A stretch of 64,000 nucleotides of DNA from Hyphomonadaceae bacterium (GTDB taxonomy: Bacteria > Pseudomonadota > Alphaproteobacteria > Caulobacterales > Hyphomonadaceae): contig JADKDU010000007.1 in assembly GCA_016714495.1 (NCBI GenBank), forward strand, positions 59,438 through 123,437. The letters run 5' to 3'. Within the stretch, counting starts at the first letter, position 1; each line of letters opens with the position of its first letter. The position numbers and the translations under genes are program-made. Shown here piece after piece: positions 1 to 9,622 of this stretch. The notes under the pieces are model-generated. The model was given only the letters and a program-made list of their open reading frames with translations. It searched no databases and had not been told where the DNA came from.

Positions 1-6
1 TCCGTC

Positions 7-801
7 ATGACCGAGACCGACCAGATCGAGCAAGATATCAACCGCTCGCGCCACGCGTTAAACGACACGATCGAACAACTTGGCGGCAAGCTTTCGCCGG
101 GGCAGATCGTCGATGAAGCCATGGGTCTCATGCAGGGGCAGTTCGGCAAGCTGGGCGCCAATCTCGGGCGGCAGGTTCGGGACAACCCGATCCCGCTGCT
201 GCTGATCGGGGCTGGCATCGGCATGCTGGTGCTCGCCAACCGCAACGGCCATGCACAGCCGCACCAGTCGATCAGCGATGAAGACTGGCGCGCCGAGCAT
301 CACTTTCGCAAGGTTGAGCGCGCTCGCGAATCCCTGACGCGCACAGCTGACGAAACCGAGCACGGCTTTTCTCATCGCCTGCACGAAGCGCAGGCTGCGG
401 CGCTGGATCTGAAACAGCATGCAGGTGAAGCGGTCGATGCGTTCAAGGCGCGGGTGACGCGCACGATCGAAGGACTTGAACGGCGCGCGGCGTCTGTGCG
501 CGACAGCGTGCAGGCCGGGGTTTCCAAGGCTGGCGCATTCGTGAGCGATCAGGCCAAGCATGCCGGCGCGATGGCGCATGATGCGAAAGACCAGGCAGGC
601 GCGTTCTATAACGATAATCCGCTTGCGGCTGGCTCTATCGGTCTCGCCATTGGCGCGCTGATTGGATCACTGGCCCCGCTGAGTTCCATGGAACGTGACG
701 GCCTGCATGACGTCGCCGACAGGACGGCGAAAGCTGCGGCGGATCTCGCTGAACGTGGCGCCGACGCCGTCCAGAAGGCGGCCAGCAGTATCGTTCACTA
801 G
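7..801 (+). CDS. DUF3618-like membrane protein (hypothetical)
   Basis: 264-aa ORF. N-terminal helix IEQDINRSRHALNDTIEQLGGKLSP is typical of DUF3618. Two Gly/Ala-rich hydrophobic segments (PLLLIGAGIGMLVLA, AAGSIGLAIGALIGSLAP). Confidence 0.6.
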   Translation: MTETDQIEQDINRSRHALNDTIEQLGGKLSPGQIVDEAMGLMQGQFGKLGANLGRQVRDNPIPLLLIGAGIGMLVLANRNGHAQPHQSISDEDWRAEHHFRKVERARESLTRTADETEHGFSHRLHEAQAAALDLKQHAGEAVDAFKARVTRTIEGLERRAASVRDSVQAGVSKAGAFVSDQAKHAGAMAHDAKDQAGAFYNDNPLAAGSIGLAIGALIGSLAPLSSMERDGLHDVADRTAKAAADLAERGADAVQKAASSIVH

Positions 802-813
802 AACCTGACATAC

Positions 814-1014
814 CTATGATCTTAACCGAGCGGGCGTCGCCATTGGCGGCGCCCGCTTCGTTGCGCCTGCATCTGCCCGATCGAACTCAACCGGCGAGCT
901 CAGCGCCGGCCCCACATAGGGTTCTATCGGTGAGCTGATCGGCATGGTGGTTCGCAGCGTCGAGCACGCCGCGCATACCATGATGATGGAAAAACTGAGG
1001 CCCCACGTCTTCAT
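814..1014 (-). CDS. small putative lipoprotein (hypothetical)
   Basis: Internal ATG at 1014 with GGGAGA about 5 nt upstream. MKTWGLSFSIIMVCAAC is a signal/lipobox-like N-terminus. No recognisable family. Confidence 0.35.
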   Translation of the reverse strand: MKTWGLSFSIIMVCAACSTLRTTMPISSPIEPYVGPALSSPVEFDRADAGATKRAPPMATPARLRS

Positions 1015-1083
1015 TCGCGTCTCCCGCGTCGAAGCATGACCCCGCGCACGATTTGCGATGGAAGCGGCCAACTGTAAAGCGGC

Positions 1084-1947
1084 CTAGTTGAAGGACTTCG
1101 CCAGTTTGTCGATCGCCATGATCTGGCGCATCAGCTCTTCGAGCTGGTTAAGCGGGACCATGTTGGGGCCGTCGCTAGGGGCCTTATCGGGGTTCTCGTG
1201 CGTCTCGATGAAGACGGCGGCGACGCCCACAGCGGCGGCTGCGCGCGCGAGGATCGGCACATACTGGCGCTGGCCGCCGGATGTGGCGCCCTGCCCGCCG
1301 GGCTGCTGCACGGAGTGGGTGGCGTCGAACACAACCGGCGCGCCGGTGGCGGCGAGTTCGGGCAGCGCGCGCATGTCGGAGACCAGCGTGTTATAGCCGA
1401 AGGAGACGCCGCGCTCGCACACCAGCACATCACGGCAGCCGGACTGAACCAGCTTCTGAACGACGTTCTTCATGTCCCACGGAGCGAGGAACTGACCTTT
1501 CTTGACATTGATCGGCTTGCCGGTCTGGGCGGCGGCGACAAGCAGATCGGTCTGGCGCGAGAGGAAGGCGGGAATCTGAAGAACATCGACCGCCTTGGCG
1601 ACTTCGGCGCACTGGTCGGGCAGATGGACATCGGTGAGGACGGGAAGCCCAGAGGTTTCTCGGATCTCGTTGAAAATGTCGAAGGAAGCGGTAAGGCCAA
1701 GGCCCCGCGCCGTGCTGATTGAGGAGCGGTTCGCCTTGTCGAACGAGGTCTTGTAGATGATGTGGGCGCCGAGCCTGTCCGCGATCTCGCGGATGGCGGC
1801 GGACATTTCCAGCGCGTGCGCGCGGCTTTCGAGCTGGCAGGGGCCGGCGATGAAGGCCACCGGAAGCTCCTGGCCGATGCGGACGGTTCCGCGCGGAGCG
1901 GGAACTTCCACGATGCTGTTGGGGGTGAGGTTCAGGCCGTCAGCCAT
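1084..1947 (-). CDS. kdsA: 2-dehydro-3-deoxyphosphooctonate (KDO-8-P) aldolase
   Basis: FIAGPCQLES, KTSFDKANRSS, PAFLSRQTDLL and FDATHSVQQPGG motifs. Start trimmed to ATG 1947 (MADGLNL); the upstream ORF extension is not KdsA-like. Confidence 0.9.
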   Translation of the reverse strand: MADGLNLTPNSIVEVPAPRGTVRIGQELPVAFIAGPCQLESRAHALEMSAAIREIADRLGAHIIYKTSFDKANRSSISTARGLGLTASFDIFNEIRETSGLPVLTDVHLPDQCAEVAKAVDVLQIPAFLSRQTDLLVAAAQTGKPINVKKGQFLAPWDMKNVVQKLVQSGCRDVLVCERGVSFGYNTLVSDMRALPELAATGAPVVFDATHSVQQPGGQGATSGGQRQYVPILARAAAAVGVAAVFIETHENPDKAPSDGPNMVPLNQLEELMRQIMAIDKLAKSFN

Positions 1948-2068
1948 GGCGCTCTCCTGTGCGTGGGGCCCATATGGCGCCATTGGCGCGCCGGCGCCAG
2001 TGGCCGGGGCAGCCAGATGCGGGCTGGATGGTCGCAGCTGTCGTGAGATCAGGCCGCAAGGCAAGCAG

Positions 2069-2278
2069 GCAGACCTGCGCGGTCGCGTGATGGCGATCCT
2101 GCTGGCGGTGACGCTCGGCGGTTCAGTGGTCGGCGGACCATTCGTCGGATGGGTTGCGGACGTGGCGGGGCCACGCTGGGCCCTCGGCGGGGGCGTGATG
2201 GCGGGACCGGCGGCGGCAGCCTTGGCCTTGGGCTATCGCCTGAAATATGGCGCGGGCGCGAAGCCTCGGCCAAACTGA
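2069..2278 (+). pseudogene. MFS transporter C-terminal fragment (about 70 aa remnant)
   Basis: ADLRGRVMAILLAVTLGGSVVGGPFVGWVADVAGPRWALGGGVMAG matches the last two TM helices and the RGRVMA motif of MFS permeases. No upstream MFS sequence; it abuts the kdsA promoter region. Confidence 0.5.
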
Positions 2279-2285
2279 GGTCGCC

Positions 2286-3632
2286 CTACCCTCTGTCGAG
2301 CGCCGCCACGACGCCGTCGACTGCTTCGCTGACGAGCGCATCGGTCTCAGCTTGCGCCATCACGCGAACGAGCGGTTCGGTGCCAGATTTGCGGACGAGC
2401 AGACGGCCGCGCGCGCCTAACAGCTTTTCGGCTGCCGCGATGGCGTCCTGCACATTCTTGCGGCTGAGCGGGTCTGCGCCTTCGTACTTGCGGTTTACCA
2501 GCTTCTGCGGCGCGGGATCGAACACGTGAGCGACTTCCGAAAGACGCTTGCCGGTCTCAACCATCACGGCCAGCACCTGCAGCGCCGCCAGCAAGCCATC
2601 GCCCGTGGTCGAGAAATCAGAGAGCACAACGTGGCCCGACTGTTCGCCGCCAACATTGAGGCCCTTCTCCATCATGCGGGCGACGACATAGCGATCGCCG
2701 ACCTGCGTGCGTTCGAGCTTCACGCCGATGCCTTTCAAGTGATTCTCAAGGCCGAGATTGGACATGACCGTGGCGACGACGGTGTTCTTCACCAGCCTGC
2801 CCTGCTGTTTCCAGGACGAGGCGATGAGGCCGAGAAGCTGGTCGCCGTCGATGATGCGGCCGTTCTCGTCGCACATGGCGACGCGGTCGGCGTCACCATC
2901 GAGCGCAATACCGATGTCGGCCCGATAGCGATGGACGGCTTCGACCATGGCGCGTGTGTCGGTGGAGCCGATTTCGCGATTGATATTGAAGCCGTTCGGC
3001 TCATCGCCGATCGGAAAGATTTCAGCGCCCAGCTCGTAGAGCGCTTTGGGCGCAACCTTGTAAGCCGCGCCGTTGGCGCAATCGATCACGATGCGCAGGC
3101 CCGACAGGCGCAGCTTCCTCGGGAAGGTCGATTTGACGATCTCGATGTAGCGTGACTGGGCGTCGTCGACGCGCTCGGCGCGACCGAGGTCGGGCGATGC
3201 TGCGAGGTTCTCGTCGAGCGGGCGGGCCATCAGCCCTTCGATCGCGACCTCAGCCTCGTCTGACAGCTTATAGCCGTCTGGTCCGAACAGCTTGATGCCA
3301 TTGTCCTGATAGGCGTTGTGCGAGGCGGAGATCATCACGCCGAGATCAGCGCGCAGGCTGCGCGTGAGCATAGCGACGCCGGGCGTCGGCAGCGGGCCGA
3401 ACAGGCGGACATCCATCCCCATCGCGGTGAAGCCGGCGGTGAGCGCTGGTTCCAACATGTAGCCTGAGAGACGCGTATCCTTGCCGATGACCACGAGATG
3501 GCGGCGCGGATCGGAGCGGCGGAAGTAGGTGGCGGCAGCCATGCCGAGGCGCATCGCCATTTCAGGCGTGACATTGCCCTGGTTGGCGGTGCCGCGGATG
3601 CCGTCGGTGCCGAAAATCTTCCGCGCTGTCAT
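2286..3632 (-). CDS. glmM: phosphoglucosamine mutase
   Basis: 448 aa. FGTDGIRG, phosphoserine loop [19 protein letters not shown] and GGEQSGH motifs. GAGGAA upstream of the ATG. Confidence 0.93.
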   Translation of the reverse strand: MTARKIFGTDGIRGTANQGNVTPEMAMRLGMAAATYFRRSDPRRHLVVIGKDTRLSGYMLEPALTAGFTAMGMDVRLFGPLPTPGVAMLTRSLRADLGVMISASHNAYQDNGIKLFGPDGYKLSDEAEVAIEGLMARPLDENLAASPDLGRAERVDDAQSRYIEIVKSTFPRKLRLSGLRIVIDCANGAAYKVAPKALYELGAEIFPIGDEPNGFNINREIGSTDTRAMVEAVHRYRADIGIALDGDADRVAMCDENGRIIDGDQLLGLIASSWKQQGRLVKNTVVATVMSNLGLENHLKGIGVKLERTQVGDRYVVARMMEKGLNVGGEQSGHVVLSDFSTTGDGLLAALQVLAVMVETGKRLSEVAHVFDPAPQKLVNRKYEGADPLSRKNVQDAIAAAEKLLGARGRLLVRKSGTEPLVRVMAQAETDALVSEAVDGVVAALDRG

Positions 3633-3822
3633 TGTTCCTCACTCAACTCGACCGGCTTGCCGCTTGGGGGCAGCGGATAACCGCCACGCCATTAGCCGAA
3701 ACTCCATAACCGGCCATGAAGTCGTGATTTTCATGACGGAGCTAGGCCAAGTTTTGCAATACTCTAAGTTCACCCATCTTCTAGATCACCCCCGTTAATG
3801 GGTCGGCCCGGAGCCTGAGCAA

Positions 3823-5658
3823 ATGTGCGGTATTATCGGCATTCTGAGCGACACGCCGGCGGCGCCCCGCCTGGTGGAGGCGCTGAAGCGCCTGGAATAT
3901 CGGGGATATGATTCGGCCGGCGTCGCCCTGCTGGAGGGCGGAAAGCTCAAACGGCTGCGCGCGCCGGGCAAGCTCAACAATCTGGACGAGAAGGTGCGCG
4001 AATCGCCGCTGAAGGCTGGCGTCGGCATCGGCCACACGCGCTGGGCCACGCATGGGCAGCCGAACGAGACCAATGCCCACCCGCACGCCTCGGGCCGCGT
4101 CGCGATCGTCCATAACGGCATCATCGAGAACTTCCGCGAGCTGCGCGAGGCGATGGAAGCGCGCGGGCGCAAGTTCGAGACGGAGACGGATTCGGAAACG
4201 ATCGCCCACCTGATCGATGAAGGCCTGTCCAAAGGGTTGGCGCCAAAAGCCGCATTTAAAGCGACGCTCGACCAACTGCGCGGCGCTTTCGCGATCGCGG
4301 CGATCATAGAAGGCGAGGAGAACCTGATCCTCGGCGGCCGTCGCGGATCGCCACTGGTGATCGGCGTTGGCGAGAAAGAGATGTTCCTTGGGTCTGACGC
4401 ACTGGCAGTGGGGCCATTCACCCAGCGCGTGATCTATCTGGAAGAAGGCGACTGGTGCGCGCTGACACGGACATCGTTTGAGATTTTCGACGCTGCGGGG
4501 AAGAAGGTCGAGCGCGCCGAGACGCATGTGCCGGCCGCAGGCGCGGCCGCCGAGAAGGGCAATTATCGCCACTTCATGCAGAAGGAAATCTACGAGCAGC
4601 CTGATTTCGCAGGCCGCACGATTTCCGCCTATGTCGAAGCTTTCGATCTCAAGGCCGTGCTGCCCACGCGTCCCGGCAAGAAGGCAATCGACTTCACGCA
4701 ATTCGAGCGCATTCAGATCGTGGCGTGCGGCACGGCTTTCTACGCAGGTTTCGTCGCGAAGTACTGGTTCGAACAACTTGCGGGGATCGTAACCGACGTC
4801 GATGTCGCGTCGGAATTCCGTTATCGCGAACCGGTGCTGGGGCCGAAGACACTGGCTATCGTCGTCACGCAGTCGGGCGAGACCGCCGATACGAAGGCGG
4901 CCATGGAATACTGCAAGTCGAAAGGCGTCATGACAGCGGCTGTCGTCAACGTGCCGACGTCGTCCATCGCGCGGGAATGCGACGCGATCCTGCCGACGCT
5001 TGCGGGGGTGGAAATCGGCGTGGCGTCGACCAAGGCCTTCACCGCCCAGCTCTGCGCCCTGCTCGCCACCGCCATCGCGGCTGGCCGTGCGCGTGGCTTC
5101 CTGTCCCGCGAGTCGGAGAAGGAACATGTCGCAGCGATGCTGGAACTGCCGCGTCTGATTTCCGAAGCGCTGAAGGTCGAGGAACAAGTGAAGGTCCTCG
5201 CCGTGGAAATTGCAAAGGCGCGCGACGTTCTCTATCTCGGCCGCGGCCCGCACTATCCGATCGCCCTGGAAGGTGCGCTGAAGCTAAAGGAAATCTCGTA
5301 CATCCACGCGGAAGGTTATGCCGCAGGCGAGCTGAAGCATGGCCCCATCGCGCTGATCGACGAGCATACGCCTGTGATCATGGCGGCGCCGCACGATCAT
5401 CTGCTGGAAAAATCCCTGTCCAACCTGCAGGAGGTCGCGGCGCGGCGCGGCAAGGTGTTCCTGGTTTCAGACGCGGCCGGCATCAAGCAGGCGGGTTCTG
5501 CTCCGTGGGGCACAATTCAGATTCCCGATTGCCTGCGCGCCATTCAGCCGATCGTGACGACCATTCCATTGCAGCTGTTGGCCTACCACGTCGCCGTCGA
5601 AAAAGGCACGGACGTCGACCAGCCGCGCAATCTCGCGAAATCCGTCACCGTGGAGTAG
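3823..5658 (+). CDS. glmS: glutamine--fructose-6-phosphate aminotransferase
   Basis: 611 aa. MCGIIG Ntn-amidotransferase start, two SIS domains, canonical C-terminal LAKSVTVE. Confidence 0.95.
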   Translation: MCGIIGILSDTPAAPRLVEALKRLEYRGYDSAGVALLEGGKLKRLRAPGKLNNLDEKVRESPLKAGVGIGHTRWATHGQPNETNAHPHASGRVAIVHNGIIENFRELREAMEARGRKFETETDSETIAHLIDEGLSKGLAPKAAFKATLDQLRGAFAIAAIIEGEENLILGGRRGSPLVIGVGEKEMFLGSDALAVGPFTQRVIYLEEGDWCALTRTSFEIFDAAGKKVERAETHVPAAGAAAEKGNYRHFMQKEIYEQPDFAGRTISAYVEAFDLKAVLPTRPGKKAIDFTQFERIQIVACGTAFYAGFVAKYWFEQLAGIVTDVDVASEFRYREPVLGPKTLAIVVTQSGETADTKAAMEYCKSKGVMTAAVVNVPTSSIARECDAILPTLAGVEIGVASTKAFTAQLCALLATAIAAGRARGFLSRESEKEHVAAMLELPRLISEALKVEEQVKVLAVEIAKARDVLYLGRGPHYPIALEGALKLKEISYIHAEGYAAGELKHGPIALIDEHTPVIMAAPHDHLLEKSLSNLQEVAARRGKVFLVSDAAGIKQAGSAPWGTIQIPDCLRAIQPIVTTIPLQLLAYHVAVEKGTDVDQPRNLAKSVTVE

Positions 5659-5764
5659 GCCCACTCTGGCAGGACGGTTGCAGCTCACGCAGGAAAGGTG
5701 GGCGTGATAGAGCTTCTGTCGCGTCCTGAACCATGTCGCCACAAACCCATTGGGGAAATTTACC

Positions 5765-6649
5765 ATGAAGCCCGTCCGCAAGGCCGTCCTGCCCGTCGCC
5801 GGTTTTGGCACGCGCGTGTTGCCGGCCACCAAGGCGGTGCCCAAAGAGATGCTGACGGTGTTCGACCGCCCATCCATCCAGTACGTCGTGGACGAGGCGC
5901 GCGAGGCGGGGATCGAGCACTTCGTGTTCGTCACCGGCCGCAACAAGCACGTCATCGAAGACTATTTCGACAAGGCCTTCGAACTCGAAGCCACCCTCGA
6001 ATCCAAGAAGAAGGACGCCATCCTGGCCGAGGTGCGCGCTGCCGCCCTGCCGCCGGGCGCCGCCAGCTTCACGCGCCAGCAATCTGCACTCGGTCTCGGC
6101 CATGCCGTGCTGTGCGCGCGCGACATCATTGGCAATGAACCTTTCGCCGTGCTGCTTCCCGATGTGATCGTGAAGGGCACGGGCGGTTCATGCCTGAAAC
6201 AGATGGTCGACGCCTACAACCAAGTCGGCGGCAACATCATCGCGGTCGACGAAGTTCCACAGGAACGCGTCAACCAGTATGGCGTGATCGATCCAGTCAC
6301 CGCTGGGGACCAGGGCCCGCTGGTTAAAATGAAGGGCATGGTCGAGAAGCCTCCGGTCGAAAAAGCGCCCTCGCGCCTCAAGATCACTGGCCGCTACATC
6401 CTCCAGCCGGAAGTGTTTGACCTGCTCGCAACGCAGACGCCAGGCGCCGGCGGCGAGATCCAACTTACCGATGCGATGCAGCGCCTGATGGGCGCGCAGG
6501 ATTTCCACGCCTTCAAATATGCCGGCCAAGATTACGATTGCGGCGACAAGCTTCTGTATCTTGAAGCCTTCGTAGCGATGGCGCTGGCGCATCCGGAACT
6601 GGGCGCGAAGGCGCGCGCAGTCCTCGAAGCGACGTTGAAGAAAGCTTGA
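5765..6649 (+). CDS. galU: UTP--glucose-1-phosphate uridylyltransferase
   Basis: KAVLPVAGFGTRVLPATKAVPKEML nucleotide-binding loop and VEKP motif. ATG 5765 has GGGGAA 7 nt upstream; the ORF-track start at 5750 is TTG. Confidence 0.9.
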   Translation: MKPVRKAVLPVAGFGTRVLPATKAVPKEMLTVFDRPSIQYVVDEAREAGIEHFVFVTGRNKHVIEDYFDKAFELEATLESKKKDAILAEVRAAALPPGAASFTRQQSALGLGHAVLCARDIIGNEPFAVLLPDVIVKGTGGSCLKQMVDAYNQVGGNIIAVDEVPQERVNQYGVIDPVTAGDQGPLVKMKGMVEKPPVEKAPSRLKITGRYILQPEVFDLLATQTPGAGGEIQLTDAMQRLMGAQDFHAFKYAGQDYDCGDKLLYLEAFVAMALAHPELGAKARAVLEATLKKA

Positions 6650-6653
6650 CCTA

Positions 6654-7271
6654 TCAGCCGCAGTGTTCGGTGTAGTCGATGGTTGGCGCAACGCCGGCGC
6701 GCCAACCGCGCACCGCCCCGCCTTGCACCTCGAACACGAATTTAGTCGCGCCTTGCGTAACCGTGAGGTCTGTGACTTCGGGCTCGTACTTGTTGGGCGC
6801 CTCCATTGCGGCGGCGCCAAACTTCGCTCGGATCGCATCCGCGTCTGCACCGATGCCGAAACCATCCACGGTCTTTGCAGCGTCAGTCAGAAAATCGACA
6901 CGGCCGACTTTCCCGCCTTCGACGAGGAAGCTCACGCCCTGAACCGGTTCGACGCCGAACAGTTCGAAGCAATGGCCAGGCTGCCCCTGCGCATCGACAC
7001 CGGCGCCATCATAACCCTCGAGCCCGACCGGGAATTTCGCGCGCGCCTGTTCGGGCTTCATGCCGAAAGTCACGCCGCAATAACCCTCTGGCGTCACCGG
7101 GCCGCATGAAGCCAGCGCGGCCTGCTCGGCGGCCGGCGCGTTGAGATCAAGAGGCGCGGGCTCTATGGAAGCGGTGTTCCCGTGCACGCCCTCAGGCGCT
7201 GGCGCAGGGCCGCCGCAGGCTGAGACACCCAGCGCAAGGACAAGAGCGACAAATCCGGGGCGCACGCGCAT
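6654..7271 (-). CDS. hypothetical lipoprotein
   Basis: MRVRPGFVALVLALGVSAC signal and lipobox. Only 5 nt downstream of the preceding NTF2-like gene, so probably one operon. No family recognised. Confidence 0.5.
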   Translation of the reverse strand: MRVRPGFVALVLALGVSACGGPAPAPEGVHGNTASIEPAPLDLNAPAAEQAALASCGPVTPEGYCGVTFGMKPEQARAKFPVGLEGYDGAGVDAQGQPGHCFELFGVEPVQGVSFLVEGGKVGRVDFLTDAAKTVDGFGIGADADAIRAKFGAAAMEAPNKYEPEVTDLTVTQGATKFVFEVQGGAVRGWRAGVAPTIDYTEHCG

Positions 7272-7276
7272 CTCCC

Positions 7277-7669
7277 TCAGAACGGCTCGAAGCAATCATA
7301 GTTGCGCTGACGGATGATCAAGCCGTCTTCGTACTCAAGCACCTGGCAGATGCGCGCCCGCATCGCCTCGCCTGGTCGTACAGCGCCGACCAGCGTGCGC
7401 GGATAGCCGGTCCATGTATATTCAAGGATGACGCGGTCGCCGACCTCAGTGACGGTATGCACATCGTAGATCTGGCGTTCCATCAGCCGCGAACCCGACT
7501 CGGCGCCTCGAAGTATGTCGTCCAGTTCACGCTGGGCGCCGTTGGGAACCAGCCGGTTGGGGAATTCGTGCTGGACGACATCGGGGTGATAGAAGCCTGC
7601 AAGGTCATCGCCGACAGCGCCGCCCTCGACAGCGGCGATGTAAGCCCGGGCTTTTCGTTCGAGCGACAT
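7277..7669 (-). CDS. SnoaL/NTF2-like fold protein
   Basis: 130 aa. The size and pattern (AYIAAVEGG..., HPDVVQHEFPN, VILEYTWTG) resemble SnoaL-like polyketide cyclase/NTF2 family proteins. Confidence 0.5.
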   Translation of the reverse strand: MSLERKARAYIAAVEGGAVGDDLAGFYHPDVVQHEFPNRLVPNGAQRELDDILRGAESGSRLMERQIYDVHTVTEVGDRVILEYTWTGYPRTLVGAVRPGEAMRARICQVLEYEDGLIIRQRNYDCFEPF

Positions 7670-7712
7670 GGTCTGCTCCCGCCCAGCGCCGGATGCGCTG
7701 AGTCGCGAAAGA

Positions 7713-7894
7713 CTAAAGCACCATCTGGGTCTGCGTCACCAGTGCGACGGTTTTGCCTGCTTCGGTGGTGCCGGGTTGCACATGTCGGGACGCACCAGCA
7801 TGCGAGCCTCGATCTGCTCTTTCGTTGCGGAAACGATATCCACGCCCAGAAGATCGGCGAAGGGGATGCGGGAGCTGATTGCGGGCGTACTCAT
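7713..7894 (-). pseudogene. PaaI/hotdog thioesterase remnant (internal deletion plus frameshift)
   Basis: ATG 7894 opens MSTPAISSRIPFADLLGVDIVSATKEQIEARMLVRPDMCN, a PaaI N-terminus. After CN a different frame reads PGTTEAGKTVALVTQTQMVL-stop, a PaaI C-terminus. About 80 central codons are missing. Confidence 0.45.
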
Positions 7895-7954
7895 GAAAGC
7901 AACCTGTGACGGCTATGCGGACATGGCGAATACCCGCGGGGTAATTGCGTGCGG

Positions 7955-8968
7955 TCAGTTCGCTGATGCGTAGGCATTGATGGCGGCAATGTGGTTCGCG
8001 ATGGATGCAGCATCGAGAAACGAACCTGTGAACGAATTTTTCGCCAGCGTGATGATCTCCTCGCGTGTCAGGCCGACGGCTTGGGCTGTGCGAATATAAT
8101 TGTCCGCGACGTAACCTCCGAAATAGGCGGGGTCGTCGGAATTGCAGGTCGCCTTGAGGCCGAGTTGAAGCATGCGCTTCATCGGATGGTCCTTGAGGTC
8201 ATGCACGACACACAGTTTGAGATTGGACAGCGGGCAGACTGTCAGCGTCATCCCCTGCTTCACCAGCCTCTGCGTCAGGGCCTCATCTTCAAGCGCGCGG
8301 TTGCCGTGATCGATACGATCGACGTGCAGAATGTCGAGCGCCTCATGCACATATTCGGGCGGACCTTCCTCGCCTGCATGCGCGCAGATCTTCAGACCGC
8401 GGTCGCGCGCCGCCTTGAAGACACGCGTGAATTTGGACGGCGGGTGGCCCTTCTCCGAACTATCGAGGCCGACACCGGCGATGCGGTCGAGATAAGGCTC
8501 GGCGGACGCAAGCGTCTTGAGTGACGACGCCTCGTCGAGGTGGCGCAGGAAGCACATGATCAACCCTGACGTAACGCCGTATTTTGCCTCCGCTTCCTTC
8601 ATTCCCGCCAGCAGGCCGTTGATTGCGACCGAAAAGGGAAGCCCGCGATCAGTGTGCGTTTCGGGGTCAAAGAAGATTTCGGCATGGCGTCCGCCGTCGG
8701 CGTTCAGGCGCTCGAAATAAGCTAGCGCCAGATCGCGGAAATCTTCCTCCGTCTGCAGCACATTCGCGCCCTGATAATAGATATCGAGAAAGTCCTGGAG
8801 GTTGGAGAAGGCGTAGGCCGCTCTCACCTCTTGTACCGACTTGAAGGGAATGGCGACTTTGTTGCGCCGGCTGAATTCGAACATCTGCTCGGGCTCGAGC
8901 GAGCCTTCAATGTGCAAATGCAGCTCCGCCTTCGGAATGCCGCGAATGAAGGCTTCAGATACGGACAT
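7955..8968 (-). CDS. add: adenosine/adenine deaminase
   Basis: 337 aa. PKAELHLHIEGSLEPE metal-binding start, CAHAGEEGPPEYV, RIDHGNRALED, NSDDPAYFGG. Confidence 0.9.
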   Translation of the reverse strand: MSVSEAFIRGIPKAELHLHIEGSLEPEQMFEFSRRNKVAIPFKSVQEVRAAYAFSNLQDFLDIYYQGANVLQTEEDFRDLALAYFERLNADGGRHAEIFFDPETHTDRGLPFSVAINGLLAGMKEAEAKYGVTSGLIMCFLRHLDEASSLKTLASAEPYLDRIAGVGLDSSEKGHPPSKFTRVFKAARDRGLKICAHAGEEGPPEYVHEALDILHVDRIDHGNRALEDEALTQRLVKQGMTLTVCPLSNLKLCVVHDLKDHPMKRMLQLGLKATCNSDDPAYFGGYVADNYIRTAQAVGLTREEIITLAKNSFTGSFLDAASIANHIAAINAYASAN

Positions 8969-9056
8969 GAAAAGCTCCCGGACCAGCTTGCGGGATTTGT
9001 ATCAGAGGGCGCGCGATCACGCTAAGCTTTGCAGGACGTCGACAAGGAGCAATGCC

Positions 9057-9545
9057 ATGGCTGCTCGCCAGCTGACCCTGTTGCTGGCTTCTGCGCTTGT
9101 CGCCACAGCTTGCAGCGCCGCGCCCGCTCCTTCCGCCAACGCAGCGGCGGACATCGACTTCGTGCGTGGCTGCTGGGTTGCGAAGGACGCGCCAGGCGGA
9201 GCGATCGTGTCCTTCCTGCGGCTTCTCCCTTCCTCGCCCCGCGGTGATGATCTGGCGGGAGAGGTCCATCCTGTGGCCAGTCTCTATGCCAATCAGGCGC
9301 GACGCTTCACTTTCAAGCGCGACGGATCTTCAGCGACGTTGACGAATCTCGCGGCAGATTCGTCGACGCAAACCTTTATGCGCAACACAACCATTCAAGC
9401 CGGCGCTCGCAACGCGACGTATAGTTCAGGCGATACGTTGATGCATATCGCGGGGCTCAACGAGAGATTGAGAATCTTTACGGTCAAACGCGATGGATCG
9501 ACCGAAGCGACGCAGTTCGCCGGCGAACGCGACGGCTGCGATTGA
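9057..9545 (+). CDS. hypothetical lipoprotein
   Basis: ATG 9057 follows AAGGAG. MAARQLTLLLASALVATAC is a lipoprotein signal. No family recognised. Confidence 0.5.
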   Translation: MAARQLTLLLASALVATACSAAPAPSANAAADIDFVRGCWVAKDAPGGAIVSFLRLLPSSPRGDDLAGEVHPVASLYANQARRFTFKRDGSSATLTNLAADSSTQTFMRNTTIQAGARNATYSSGDTLMHIAGLNERLRIFTVKRDGSTEATQFAGERDGCD

Positions 9546-9622
9546 TCGAATTTCACCGATCGGTTTTGAGCGCCCGTAACTGATACTTGCTAGGGTCAGG
9601 GGCCCGATAGCCGGACGAGCTC

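Noticed and set aside
3781-5253. 490-aa ORF antisense to glmS. Similar long antisense ORFs occur at 9596-10477, 12152-13696, 21766-23805, 23906-25279, 27048-28355, 28437-29285 and 32510-33889.
   Set aside because: These are Arg/Ala/Gly-rich translations with no motifs. They lie opposite genes with unmistakable family signatures, which is the typical shadow-ORF artefact of high-GC DNA.
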